From Leidyana gryllorum EB-2025a (lineage: Eukaryota > Protista > Apicomplexa): a DNA stretch of 64,000 bases. The position numbers were made by a program, and so were the translations under genes. A model generated the notes under the pieces. That model did no database searches. It was not told the DNA's origin and was given only the letters and a program-made list of their open reading frames with translations. The stretch covers positions 682,001-746,000 of the forward strand of contig JBLWGC010000230.1 of the NCBI GenBank assembly GCA_048772705.1. The letters are read 5' to 3'. Positions 36,544-48,176 of the stretch are shown here, one piece after another. Position 1 is the first letter of the stretch; every line of letters begins with the position of its first letter.

Positions 36544-37855
36544 TCACCTCACCCTTATCCTAGACGATGCACACACCTTTGCCAAAAACATCACGTTATT
36601 ACAAATCAATGGGGATAACCGCGTCGAATGGTTCCTGAATCGCTATTGCCAATGCCCATATTGGCTCAAAGACTGTCGTACTCTGGTGGTTGTCGAACCT
36701 CAACAAGTCGCTCTGGTGGCGTCCCCAGGCTGGCGAGACTTTATAACAGACCAAACATACAAATTGGACCAGGAGACAGGCGATGCGGATGGGAATGAGA
36801 GGGAGAATGAGAATGGAGAACCCGAGCCTCGCTATGTGATTGTGGTCGAAGCCCCAGACAAATCGTCAGCGACGGTGGGGCGGGACGCCTCCCCGTTGCC
36901 TCTGTACCTGGTCCGTCGACTCTTGGCACAAGCGGCTCCCGATCCTTTTGAGTCTCTCCGGCGCGAGAAGGGAGGGGATTTGAGGAGTGATGTTCTCCTC
37001 AAAGCTTTGGAGGAGAATGCTAAGGAGATCAAAGATCCGTTGGAGATCATTGATTGGCTGCAGTGGTTGGAGTCGAGAGAGTGGTCAAGTTTGACTGCAC
37101 ACATTGTTGAGCCTCAGATGCTCTCTATGTGTTTGGCCGCGGAAGACAGAGCTAAATGGCTGCTGTGGCTGAAACGAACTGCTCGCCTCTGTGCTGGTTT
37201 CGGTTTCAGCGACCGCGCAGCTATGATCTCTATGATGACTGCGATCGATCAGGGGATGTATCGCGAGCTGCTGGCGGCCGCGGCTGTGGGGGAGCGGCCG
37301 GGGCCGGGGTTTATGGCGGCGGGTCGACCTGATCAGGACGGTGGGGTGGTCCAGGATATATATGAGAGAATTTCTATCTCTCTGTCGAACCGTTTGGCTC
37401 CGCCCCGTTTATTGTTATGGCGGGGAGTCGGGGAAGGAGGACGAAAAGTCGAGGCCGATTGGCTCGAGGACCTCTGTCGGCGAGTGGCGGGGCTGAGAGT
37501 GTTGGTGTTCCGACACAGTGTAGCGTCACTGTTCAGAGGGTATGTGGGAGAGTCGGAGGCGATGACTCGGCTGATGTTTGCTGAGGCGAAGAGACAGGGA
37601 GTCGAGCGGAAGTGCGCTGTGCTGTTGGTGATTGACGGCATTCATTTAGTGGGGTCGAGAGGCGATGGCGAGGAGGAAGTTTCGGTTTCAGGCGTCAACC
37701 GGAGGATTGTGACAACGATGCTGAACTGTTTGGACGGGATCGAGAGGGACGAAAACCTAATTGTCATTGGTCTGAGTGACGTTCATCCAAACAAATTGGC
37801 AGAGAGTCTAGTTAGACCCGGTAGATTCGATGTTTGGCTTCAAATAACCACCTGA
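36521..37855 (+). CDS. divergent AAA+ (CDC48/AFG2/PEX-like), probably catalytically impaired
   Basis: YVGESE pore loop, RRIVTTMLNCLDGI and LVRPGRFD are present. Walker A is degenerate (GVGEGGRK) and Walker B reads LLVIDG (no Glu). Start ATG 36521 is inferred. Confidence 0.7.
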   Translation: MLLREVLSHLTLILDDAHTFAKNITLLQINGDNRVEWFLNRYCQCPYWLKDCRTLVVVEPQQVALVASPGWRDFITDQTYKLDQETGDADGNERENENGEPEPRYVIVVEAPDKSSATVGRDASPLPLYLVRRLLAQAAPDPFESLRREKGGDLRSDVLLKALEENAKEIKDPLEIIDWLQWLESREWSSLTAHIVEPQMLSMCLAAEDRAKWLLWLKRTARLCAGFGFSDRAAMISMMTAIDQGMYRELLAAAAVGERPGPGFMAAGRPDQDGGVVQDIYERISISLSNRLAPPRLLLWRGVGEGGRKVEADWLEDLCRRVAGLRVLVFRHSVASLFRGYVGESEAMTRLMFAEAKRQGVERKCAVLLVIDGIHLVGSRGDGEEEVSVSGVNRRIVTTMLNCLDGIERDENLIVIGLSDVHPNKLAESLVRPGRFDVWLQITT

Positions 37856-37876
37856 AATTCCCTTCCACCAACACAC

Positions 37877-39221
37877 ATGAGAGAGTCTGCCAGACGGGCA
37901 GACCCTCCCACGAGTCGGGCTGCACCCCCACCCTCGACAACGCGTATCAAAACGGCCAAGATAGACCATCTTCTCGCATATCGGCGTCAAGTTGTCTTTC
38001 CTCCAGTCCCACTCGACCGCCAAGAGGAGATTCTGTATCAATGGCTCAGGAACTCTCCGTCTGTCTACTTTCCGATGCTCACTCGCTGTAAGTTCTACAC
38101 TACTCCCACTCCCCCTCACTCACTCTCTCTCTCTGTCTCTGTGGGACTCTCTCTGATTGACAGTGTTGGAGCAGCTGATTGTATCGTGTGACGGATTTCA
38201 CCAAGTTGGGGTCGCCTTTCCGGCCATTTTACAGCGTGCAGCACGCGAGCGCGCGGGTCTAATTCGAGTGCCTAAGCTTCCGAACGTGTGGCCCCGATGG
38301 GGTGCGTATGGTCGAGACACCGAGTTGGCCGAGAGTCCCGCTGCCCTTCGTGTGGTGGTGACTCAGTCCACCGATGTGTCGGCCTCGGATGGAGCGCGAC
38401 TGAAAGTGTTGGTCCCCGAGCATCAAGTGGTGGTCGACGTCGATCTGTTGCGTTGGAAAGTCGTTGATGTTCAGCCGTTCAACACGTCGACCCACGCCGA
38501 AGCCGACATCTTTCTCAAAGCCCGCCAAGACCCACTGGTGCTGAAAATCGAAGAATTGGCCACTCTCTACTCTCGTCAATACTTTCCCTCAACCGACACT
38601 GCTGTGGCTGTGGTCGCTCAAGAAGAAGTGCTCTCCGGCGAAGAAGACGAATTTGAAGAAGTCGCTCTGGTGATCGATATCACCATTACGACCGAACTCG
38701 ATCGTGTGCTATGGTGAGCCGAAACACAACACTATCCGGTCGCGTCAGCTGCAGCTCACCCTTCAGGACGAGTGCCTTTGACACGCGATGGAAAGTAGTC
38801 ATCAGCGAAGACCGCCGACACTGCGAGATCGGGGTGCGTCACACACACACACACACACACACGCCAAGTCTTTGTTATTTCAGGGCCAAATAACGAGTCG
38901 TGTGATACAGACGAGTCCCATTAATGGACATTTGCGCCAGAATAAGAATGTCGCAACAGTGGAACTGGAAGTTCCCCCCTCGACGGACGAATTGGCAGAG
39001 CTGATCGTAAGTCACATCAAGTCGGAAGACTTGAAAGTGCTCGAGGGTTTGAGTAAGTGGTTAACTATATTCGGTGAGTAGTCTCTCAATCAATTCCGAG
39101 AAGAGAGGGAGACGGTGGGAGCTGTGATGTCTCTTTGTCTCTCCCTCTCTTCGCCTCTCCTCGCCTCTCCCTCTCTTCGCCTCTCCTCGCCTCTCCCCCT
39201 CTTTGCCCTTTAGAAATGTGA
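37877..39221 (+). CDS. hypothetical protein, multi-exon
   Basis: ORFs 37877-, 38157- and 38788- are separated by GT...AG segments with CT/CA-rich interiors. The last intron is 39074-39213, followed by TGA at 39221. Confidence 0.55.
39145..39196 (+). repeat. 26-bp pyrimidine-rich tandem duplication in an intron
   Basis: ctctcttcgcctctcctcgcctctcc x2. Confidence 0.85.
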
Positions 39222-39387
39222 TAATATGTTTGTTTGAGTGTGTAGAGGATGTGGCTTGGTGCTCAATATTCCGAAACACGTGGGAATTGGCAGCTCCCCT
39301 TAGGACTCAGCAAGCGCGGCGTGACTTCACGATGGAGCTGAAAGGTGCTGTGGAGGGGAACAAAAACCCTTTTTTTCCAGAGTGCGA

Positions 39388-42300
39388 ATGATCGAGAGCT
39401 GCCTCCAAGCCCTTGAGGCAGCGCCAGCAGCGCCAAGACAGTCGAGAGAGACTTGGTACTGTTGTGTGTGCTGTGTGCTGTATTTGGTTTGATTCAGGTA
39501 CATAATACCTAGTGACTTTGTCGGTGCTTTGCGGAAAGCCAAGGCCGGAGACGCGCTGCCAGTGATTGAGAATGCGAGATTCTTGGCCACCAGTGCCCTG
39601 GAAGACGAGTTTGCTCCGCCGCCGGCTCCAATGGTGAGCGACCGAATGAGCGAATCGTCTTCCAGAGTGGACCGAATGGGCGAAGGAGACTCCGTACCCG
39701 ACGTCTCACCTCCGGCTCCCCTGGCTGTCGATATCCACGCGCGGCTTCGGGAGGACGTGCGTCAGGGCGAGGACTTTGAGGTGTATCCGAGCACAGTGTG
39801 GGAAGCATTGGTCTCCGCGGGCGTCAAATACGACTGTGCCATCCCTCGGGGCTGCTATCCCGACGACAAGAATCGGATTCGGGTCGATGTGCAGCCGATC
39901 CTCGTGCGGGCGATACTCGCGCTCCCCCCCAAGACTGAGAATCTCAGTATGGAAGAGGCGGCGACAATTGATAACTGCGAAGCTGTGATCAAATTACGCG
40001 ACTTTGGCAACGAGTTGTGGTGTCGCTTCTGTCTGCTCTATCCTCCACTCGAGGAACACGATGCCGAGGTCGATGGGGGCTCGGCCTACGCTTTGAAAAT
40101 GAATCTCAAAAATATACGCGTCATTGACACCGGCATCAGCAGAGCCGAAAGATGGACAAACATATTCGCCCGTCTCTTCGAAATACACATCAGAAACCTC
40201 AATTGCTGCGCCATTCTAAAGGTGAGACACCACTCCCATCATCGACTCCTCCTCAAATCATAGTCTGAAAGGCGGAGCGCCCGGCAAACGACACCATCCC
40301 CCAACAGTGGCGTAGTGCAACCTGCGATCACGAGGATACAAACTTTTGGAGCCAAAGCCTCGCCGACTCTCTCTCAGTCGCCGAAGTACTCGATGGTGAT
40401 GGACTCGATCTCTTGCTACTGGTAAGCTGTGTGTGTGTGTGTGTGTGGGGGGCCGGGGGTGGTTCCCACTTTGCGTTGGAGCGGTTCCCACTTTGCGTTG
40501 GAGCGGTTCGCACTTCGCTTTGCTCCGCTTCGCTCCACTTTGCTCCGCTTTGTCAGTCACCGACGATTTGCTGCAGACCTCGGACTCGGACATTAGGGAC
40601 GTGAAGGGGAAGCCCAGTATGGTGTTGCCGAGTATGCCATCTTCTACGGTATCGTTGAAGGAGGTTAATCGGATGTTGGGTCGAGGGGGTCTTGTGGGTT
40701 TGCAGAATTTGGGGAACACCTGTTTCATGAACAGCGCTCTTCAGTGTCTGTCGCACACTCTGCCATTGACTCGGTATTACCTGACGGGTACATACACGAG
40801 GGACCTGAATACGACCAATCCGCTGGGAATGGAAGGGAATTTGGCTAAAGTGTACGCGAACTTTCTGCAGCAGTACTGGGAGGAGAACGAGACGTCCACG
40901 GGACGGCCGAGAACTGTGGCGCCGCGACATTTGAAGGGATGCATTGGCCGATTCGCGCCGAACTTTCAGGGATACGCTCAGCAGGACTCCCAAGAGCTGT
41001 TGTGTTTCCTGCTGGACGGCCTCCACGAAGACTGCAACCGGATTCTGAACAAACCGTACGTCGAGGCGCTCGAGGGGAACGAGGAGCAAAGCGACGCCGT
41101 TCTCGCGCACGAGGCCTGGACGCGCTACAAGAAGCGCAACGACTCCAAAGTCGTCGATCTGTTCCAGGGACAGTTCCGGTCGCGTCTCGAATGCCCGAAA
41201 TGTGGCAATGTGTCCAAAACATTCGACCCCTACATGTCGTGTAGCCTCCCAATCCCGGAGAAACGTCGAGCTGCTGTCACCGTAAGTCGACCGAAACCCG
41301 ACTCTCACTCACACACTCACACACTTTCAGGTGACACTGCTGATCGACGACGGGTCGAAAGTGTCGTGGCCCTTCAGTTTTTATATTGAAGTCAATTACC
41401 GCGAGGAAATGCTCACGCGATACACAGCGGAACAGGAAGCAGCCGCGAGGCCCATAGGTGAGCAGTTTTGAGAAGCAGTGCAGTTAATTGGACACTTTGC
41501 TCGCTGCTGAACAGTTGGACCGAGTCTCCCACCCCGCGGCCGCACCCCCACAGCTCTCAACACCAATTGTCTGTCTGCGATTCTCGATATGGAGGCCAGT
41601 CAGATCTCTTTCAAGATTGGTCTCGTTCTTCTGCAAGCGTACCGCCAGTATAAGAGTGCCAGCGCCACATCTGAAGATCTCGAGTTGCGCCGACTTGGCC
41701 GCTTCCTGGACCAGTCCGCAGCCTTCAAGGGTGTGTACGAAGACGCTCTGCGGACAGTCACCTCTGCCAATGACGATGAAACGCCGCCTGCTTCCTCCCC
41801 CAAACCCCCCGACCCTTTGTGCCGTGCCCTTAGTGCCGATCTGGAACTCAAAGACCACAATGTTGGTTTCGGCAGTCTCAACCTCCAGTCCACCCGCCAA
41901 ATGATAGAAGCCAAACAAGCTGAAAAAACCGACTCAGAAGACGGACACCCCCAGCAGCAGGACTCGGACGATCCCGATAGCGCTCTACAGCAAATACGTC
42001 ACAACCATTCACCAACTTGCGTCAATCGACTCGCCGCTGCTGAAGCGCCTCTCGAGTTTGTCGGGGCCTCCGTCACGCAGATTACCTCCGCTATTATTAC
42101 TGAAGTGGAACAACCGCGATGGAAACAACTGGAAGAGACCGATGAGTTCGTGCATCTTCTCAATGTCGTGGGACTCAAAAATCCCATCAACCCGGCTGCC
42201 TATTGCCCCCCCATCGTCGTCTCTGTCACACTCACACTCCCCAGCCGACTACTCACCGACTTGGGAATCGATGAAGACAGATTACTCGACACCACCACTC

Positions 42301-43648
42301 TCTCCTATCTAAGCCCCGGCTTCCATCTGAGAGAAATGACACCCATCGATGCCCTCAGATGGATGGTCATTCAATTTACAGATGGACTCCGCAATGTATT
42401 GGGCGAAAAAGAACCGGAAGTCGACAGTGTCAACTTGTCAAAACACGTTAGAGGAGTCGCTCATCCTCTCAACAACGCAGATGGACAAGTCCTGTCAGAC
42501 AAGATATTGCTCTTTAATCTTGACAGCAATTCCATTGCTCCCGCGGGAATACCAGACTCGATGGGCAAATGGATAAGCTCCTGTCACCTCGACACGCCAT
42601 TGGGCCGCGCTTCTCGTGTCAATCGTCTGCACCTCGTTCTCCACTGCACCGAAGCCTACTTTAGGGGACTCATGAAACGATGGAGTTCCGACATCTTCTT
42701 AAGAAACCGAACAGATCCGCCCGAACTCATGAGCAGCCGTCTGTGGAACGCTACGTCGCTCTACACCGCTGCTGCCACAATCTTCCCAACTGTCGCAGAA
42801 CATATCGGCCCCAAAATCACTAAGGATCTCATCAACACTTTCCCTTCCCCTTTCGCAGGACCTCCTCGCAGACAAAGAACCTGGAGCGCCCATCCACCAG
42901 ACATCTCTTGTGCCCTCGCACAACTACCTGCCCCCAAAGCGTCTCTTGCGGAGTGTTTCTCGGAGTTTGCGGCCTGTGAAAGACTTGAAGGCGACAATCA
43001 ATGGTATTGTTCCAAGTGTAAGGACTTTCACTCCGCTGCCAAGAAGATGGATTTCTGGAGACTACCAGACATCCTTGTCGTACATCTGAAACGATTTGCA
43101 CAGAAAGGGTAAGTCTTCCTTCACACTTCACTTCACTTCATGCGACCGGCCATTCTGGCGGGAACCGCCCCTCCACTCTTACTTAATCCACCACCGGCAC
43201 AGAGTGACGTTGCGCGAACGCGTGTGTGTGTCTCCAATTGTGTGTCTCCGGCCTTGATGAGCGTTGATCAAATCTCTGCTTCAGTCGAATAACACGTGCC
43301 AAAATGACAGCAGAAGTGGACTTCCCCTACAAGTACGATGATCCGCTGGACATGAAGCCATTTTTGCTGCCGGACAGTCCTGACCGAGCCGATGAGCGGA
43401 AACATACGTATCGTCTGTTCGGCGTTTCGAATCACTTTGGTTCTCTGTTCGCGGGGCACTACACCGCGGCTGTGCGGTGTTTCATTCAAAAGCAGGAGAG
43501 TGGGACGATGTCAAATGTGTGGATGAACTTTGACGACACGAGTGTGCGGAGACTAGGTACAGATCAAGAGTCCGAATTAGCTGGGATGGACAATAGCGCC
43601 TACATTTTGTTCTATGAGAGAATGGGGTCTCGTTTCTGGAAAGAATGA
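39388..43648 (+). CDS. ubiquitin carboxyl-terminal hydrolase, USP4/11/15 type (DUSP + split C19 domain)
   Basis: DUSP-like W|YIIP. Cys box GLQNLGNTCFMNSALQCL, then QQDSQELL, LDGLHED, WYCSKC and HLKRF. His box NHFGSLFAGHYTA, then FDD and SAYILFY. Introns include 40422-40556 and 43109-43284. Confidence 0.93.
40461..40514 (+). repeat. 22-bp tandem repeat in USP intron
   Basis: ggttcccactttgcgttggagc x2 plus a partial third copy, preceded by (TG)n. Confidence 0.85.
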
Positions 43649-43684
43649 TATAAAGCGCATGTTGGTGCAATTAAATTGTTCAAA

Positions 43685-44467
43685 ATGGATGATTTAGTTT
43701 CTGCGGGAAGCATAGAAGATGATGTTTGGCTGCGTCCTCTCGACGTTAGGACAAAGTACTCGGGCTGCCGGCGGTGGTGGGATGCAGCATTCCTGATATG
43801 TATTTTTGCAACGATATGTCTGGGAATTGTTACTCTGATAAGCAATGACTGGAGTACGGCGGACCAGGAGGTTTTCTGGTATGTGGTGGCCACATTGACC
43901 TTTGAAGCTTTCTGCGTGCTGACGACGGTTTTGGGAATGGCGAGCATCGTTCTACTGGTGGGCCGGACTGGATTACAGCACAGTTTGAGTTTCTTATCGA
44001 TCTTGAACGAGGTGTTGTTTGGGTGTGTGCACCTGTGTTGTGCCATTTGGGGAGGCATATCGCTGTGGAGCTTATTGCGATCGCAGGAATTCGAAGCGAA
44101 GAGGTTGGTGACGACGGAAGAAGGAGATTTATTGTGGCATCGCGTGCCATTGTTGTTATATGTTGGACTTACATTCCTTGTGTGTCTGGCGTGCAGTTTG
44201 CAGTTACTCCCGTGGATCTTTGGCGCCATTGGTTTTGCCCTTCATCAAGTCCAGCGGAAAATGCAGCAAGTTCCCATTGTGGAGTTCTATCAGCAGTACA
44301 ACAGGGGTGACGAGTATTATATCCGAACTATGCCAGTGGACGACTACGCCGGTTTTGTCACCCGTATGAAGAACCCGCTGGTGGACATTGAGGCTCATGA
44401 GACTCAGCCACTGATTGGGAACGCTCATTACAGTCGATTAGAGTCGCCGAGAGGCTCTATTGTCTGA
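43685..44467 (+). CDS. hypothetical 4-TM membrane protein
   Basis: ATG 43685, four hydrophobic segments and a soluble C-terminal tail. Confidence 0.7.
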   Translation: MDDLVSAGSIEDDVWLRPLDVRTKYSGCRRWWDAAFLICIFATICLGIVTLISNDWSTADQEVFWYVVATLTFEAFCVLTTVLGMASIVLLVGRTGLQHSLSFLSILNEVLFGCVHLCCAIWGGISLWSLLRSQEFEAKRLVTTEEGDLLWHRVPLLLYVGLTFLVCLACSLQLLPWIFGAIGFALHQVQRKMQQVPIVEFYQQYNRGDEYYIRTMPVDDYAGFVTRMKNPLVDIEAHETQPLIGNAHYSRLESPRGSIV

Positions 44468-44546
44468 GATTCTCGTCTTTTTCGACGAATAGACCTTGGG
44501 AATTGGGTGGGACGCCCCAGACGCAAACTGCCCGGTGCTGATATAG

Positions 44547-47500
44547 ATGCTTGGCTTTCTTTTCGTGGTGGTACCCCTCAATGGTCTCGCCAAGTCCCCT
44601 AGGCTCCCTGGGCCTCGTGAGGATAATTTGATGCCCAGAAGATATCAAGAACTCGAAGACCGACCGTATCGACAGAAAATACGCCAATGGCCTTTCAAGG
44701 ACTCTATCACAACTCTTCGACCATATCGTGAGCGAGAAGCAAGGATAGAGAAGGAAGACGTCACCAACACACGAAAGTATCTGACACCTCCTCCCTTCTT
44801 ATATAACGTCAGTGATGAAGACGAAGAGGCGTCTGACACTTTTGTGTTCCCAACTGATATGCCAGAATCATCCTGGACAACCACAAGTGGAGAAGATCTA
44901 AGACCAAAACGACCTGGATTTGACAGCTCCGACGACATGGTCGCCGATGCTGACTTCCAATTCACCACCAGTCTTCGCCCTTCTCCTCCCCATTTTCATC
45001 CAACTACTCCCCCACCTACCACTAGCTCCAGCCTCATGGACCTACATGACTTCCGAACTATAAGTGATAGGTATCTCGACTTCCCCACCAGAAGCCAAAC
45101 GAATTTTCACACTCCAACGCCACAACCACCAGAGATAGCCACATATGAGACAGTCGAAACCACAACGCAAGACGTGGTGGAGGAGGGGCAGGACTCCACT
45201 GATGAGCAGCCACTTGAAACCTTAGATGAAACGCTCGAAACCACAGAAGAAGAAGAAGAGGCCTCGGTCGATGACGACCCACTGACCACCACTACTGAGG
45301 AGACGACGCAAACCACATATGACAGTGTCGTGAGGCTGACTGTCAGTAGCAACCGGATCACCAACGGGCTCGATGCGACGACTGAAGGCTGTTTCACCAC
45401 AGTGACGGCGAACTACGATGAGGAAGCAGACGCCGGAGAAGCAGACGCCGGGGAAGCAGAAGCCGGAGAAGCAGACGCCGGAGAAGCTCCTGCGCTCCAA
45501 GAATCAACTCTCGAGATCCAGGAGGTCACTACTGTTGCTTCTACTTCCGCTCTAATTGAGGAGACAACGGTGGAGGCGGAGCCTGAAGAAGGGATGGAAG
45601 GCTGGACAACGGCACCAGTGGATACGGCGCACGAGACAGAACCTTCGGACACTCGATCTTACCAAACGTTCTTCTCGACCGCGACGAGAGTAGTGGAACC
45701 ATTAGTCTCTGAGTCATTGGAACCGACAATGTCCCTCAGCACCGTCTCGATGATTGATGAAACATCTGAGAGCGGCCACAGTACCGAGCAGCCGTCCATT
45801 GAGACTGAGACTGCGGCTGCCACTAGAGCCAAGGCGATCCAGACCTTCATGGCGGCGTCGCCTACGACGATGGCTGAGGCCGCGTCCGATCCCAAAGGTG
45901 GAACTGCGTCACCCACAACTGCTGACAATGCCACCGGAGGATACAGCTCGCCTGTCACCAGCGCTGACGAGCGCTTTGTGATCACTTCGACAGCAACAAC
46001 TGAAGCTGTCTCACCCGACCTGAGTGACACGAGTACTGCCGAATCCACTCGGAGCTTCCTCGAGACCACCACACCAGCCGTTTTAGGCCCCGTCTCCACC
46101 GAAGCGGAGGGTTTGAGAACATCGGGAAGCATAGATTATGACGAGACATCCCAATTGGTGCCGATCTCTCTCCCAACTTTTGGTGTCACAGATACCTCTA
46201 CCGCCAGCCCCGCAACTAAAAGTGTCAATGAGACGTTTTACTACCACACTGAGGAGCGTCAGACATCGTCAAGCTACGAAGGGGTCACCACTGAGGCGTT
46301 TGAAACGGAAAGTGCCACGGCCGCTGCCCCTCGTCCTGTCATCACATCGAGTCTTCTTGCATCTTCGACTGCCGACGGCGATTCTTCGTCACCCGAAATA
46401 GGGGTAACGCCATGGATCCCACAAGAAAGTACTGAGATACGATCTGATCTTTTGAGTACAGCCTCACCACCATTTACATCAACCACAGAAGTGCTGTTAA
46501 TGAGCAGCAGTCCGCTGCTGGAGGCAGAGGAGACTATCGCAACTCCGAGTACAAAGGCAGAAGGGGTCACTGCCCTACTGGAACATCTTGACGAGGAAGC
46601 AACGTCGGCGGACACTTCAACGTCGTCAAGACCCTCACTGATTATTGACACAGACACTAATGCTCCATTTGACACCACCGCCTCGGAGAGGGAGCACGAA
46701 GACCACTACAGGACGTCAGACTCAGTGACACCAATAACAGTGCCGAGCAGAGCGCCGATAGCATCGCCGACAACAATCGGCGACAGCTTCAGCTCAGCTT
46801 TGACCACCAGTGCGATCAGTGCTGATCTACACTCGCCACAGAGTCGCTGGGAGCCGACGACTGAAGCTGTCCAAGAAGGAGAGCCAATGGACAGTGAGGA
46901 GCCACTCATGACGTCAGAAGCTACGGAGACCCTGACAGCTCCCCCCACAGCCGGTTCCTCATCATTCGCCAGGTGGACTGTCGGATCTTCCGAAGGCACC
47001 TTGGCGACCACGTCATACGAGACGACGGCCAGCAGCCCGTCTCCTGCAGCTGTCGTCCGATTTGACAGCTCGACTGCTTCGTCCCAGGGAGAGTTCACCG
47101 CTCTGACAACTGTCAAGCCGCTAGAGGAAGGTACAGAATCTCAGCTCGTGATGTCCACCAAAAGACGGGTAGCCCCTCCTCCTGAGGCAATGACGTCGAC
47201 TTCGACTTCGACCTCAACTCCCGATGATCTGACATTCACAACTGGCATTCCAGACTCGACCGCGAGTGTTGCGACACCGTTCCAGACAGATGAGACGGAG
47301 GCGACAGATGAGACGGAGGCTTCAGCTTCAACGGCAACGGCAACTCTTGGGTCTGCGACCGACCCGGTGGACAGTGCGATAACACATACAGACATCTTGT
47401 GGCCTACAATAAGCCCATTACCGGATACGGTCACTTACACCGTATTGACTACCAGTGCCTCCACGCCCACCATATCCAGCTTTGAGAATGCTCCAGATTT

Positions 47501-48176
47501 GGCTCCAACAGAGACACCTTCACCGACATCATCCAGTGCCAGCGCGGATATGACGACTGAAGCCTCCAATGCTTCGCAATATGCGACTACTGACTATTTG
47601 ACGACCGCAGAGAACTCCACAATGGACAGTACCCAGCCTTCGACACCAGTGGCCCCAATGCCACAAGCAAATGATGAAACAGGTACCACAGTGGCGTGGA
47701 CAACAGAGTGGGACTCCACAGAGACAGAGACCGATACAACCGCTCCAGAGACCTCTGGGACAATCAACTCCTCCCTATTCTCGACAGCGTTGCCGGATGT
47801 TATCACCTCCTCCTCCCCACCCCACCCGAGTGTGCCGGCCGAAAGCACTTTGTGGACTGTGACAAACCCAACAAGTCCTCCGCCCACTGAAGAATCTGTT
47901 GCTCCCATTGCTACAACGAGCTTATTGAGCACCATGAATGACATCCCGCGGGATCTCTTTGAAGAAAGCACAAGTACCCCGGCACCAGGTCCAGAGACTG
48001 AAGTACCCCATATGAGGTGCCCACCAGGGTGTCTGGTGTGGCAGATTGGGTGCTTCGAGTTCTTCTGTGAACATCCGGGAGTATTGAGCGATCTCTTGGA
48101 ATTCCCAGCAGCTCATCATCAGTGCTTTGCAGGCGATTGGGGACGGTGTGTGTCCCACTGGGAAGCTCTGAGATGA
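44547..48176 (+). CDS. secreted mucin-like Thr/Ser-rich protein with C-terminal Cys module
   Basis: Signal-like MLGFLFVVVPLNGLA, ~1000 aa rich in T/S/E/P, and a C-terminal CPPGCLVWQIGC...C module. Confidence 0.85.
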   Translation: MLGFLFVVVPLNGLAKSPRLPGPREDNLMPRRYQELEDRPYRQKIRQWPFKDSITTLRPYREREARIEKEDVTNTRKYLTPPPFLYNVSDEDEEASDTFVFPTDMPESSWTTTSGEDLRPKRPGFDSSDDMVADADFQFTTSLRPSPPHFHPTTPPPTTSSSLMDLHDFRTISDRYLDFPTRSQTNFHTPTPQPPEIATYETVETTTQDVVEEGQDSTDEQPLETLDETLETTEEEEEASVDDDPLTTTTEETTQTTYDSVVRLTVSSNRITNGLDATTEGCFTTVTANYDEEADAGEADAGEAEAGEADAGEAPALQESTLEIQEVTTVASTSALIEETTVEAEPEEGMEGWTTAPVDTAHETEPSDTRSYQTFFSTATRVVEPLVSESLEPTMSLSTVSMIDETSESGHSTEQPSIETETAAATRAKAIQTFMAASPTTMAEAASDPKGGTASPTTADNATGGYSSPVTSADERFVITSTATTEAVSPDLSDTSTAESTRSFLETTTPAVLGPVSTEAEGLRTSGSIDYDETSQLVPISLPTFGVTDTSTASPATKSVNETFYYHTEERQTSSSYEGVTTEAFETESATAAAPRPVITSSLLASSTADGDSSSPEIGVTPWIPQESTEIRSDLLSTASPPFTSTTEVLLMSSSPLLEAEETIATPSTKAEGVTALLEHLDEEATSADTSTSSRPSLIIDTDTNAPFDTTASEREHEDHYRTSDSVTPITVPSRAPIASPTTIGDSFSSALTTSAISADLHSPQSRWEPTTEAVQEGEPMDSEEPLMTSEATETLTAPPTAGSSSFARWTVGSSEGTLATTSYETTASSPSPAAVVRFDSSTASSQGEFTALTTVKPLEEGTESQLVMSTKRRVAPPPEAMTSTSTSTSTPDDLTFTTGIPDSTASVATPFQTDETEATDETEASASTATATLGSATDPVDSAITHTDILWPTISPLPDTVTYTVLTTSASTPTISSFENAPDLAPTETPSPTSSSASADMTTEASNASQYATTDYLTTAENSTMDSTQPSTPVAPMPQANDETGTTVAWTTEWDSTETETDTTAPETSGTINSSLFSTALPDVITSSSPPHPSVPAESTLWTVTNPTSPPPTEESVAPIATTSLLSTMNDIPRDLFEESTSTPAPGPETEVPHMRCPPGCLVWQIGCFEFFCEHPGVLSDLLEFPAAHHQCFAGDWGRCVSHWEALR
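45423..45487 (+). repeat. 15-bp coding repeat (EADAG x4)
   Basis: gaagcagacgccgga-type unit, four near-identical copies. Confidence 0.85.

Noticed and set aside
40461-40550. 22-bp repeats resembling a mini CRISPR array
   Set aside because: The copies are directly tandem with no spacers, lie inside a spliceosomal intron, and no cas genes are present.
43109-43284. Long USP intron as a snoRNA host
   Set aside because: I found no convincing paired C/D boxes or H/ACA boxes by eye.
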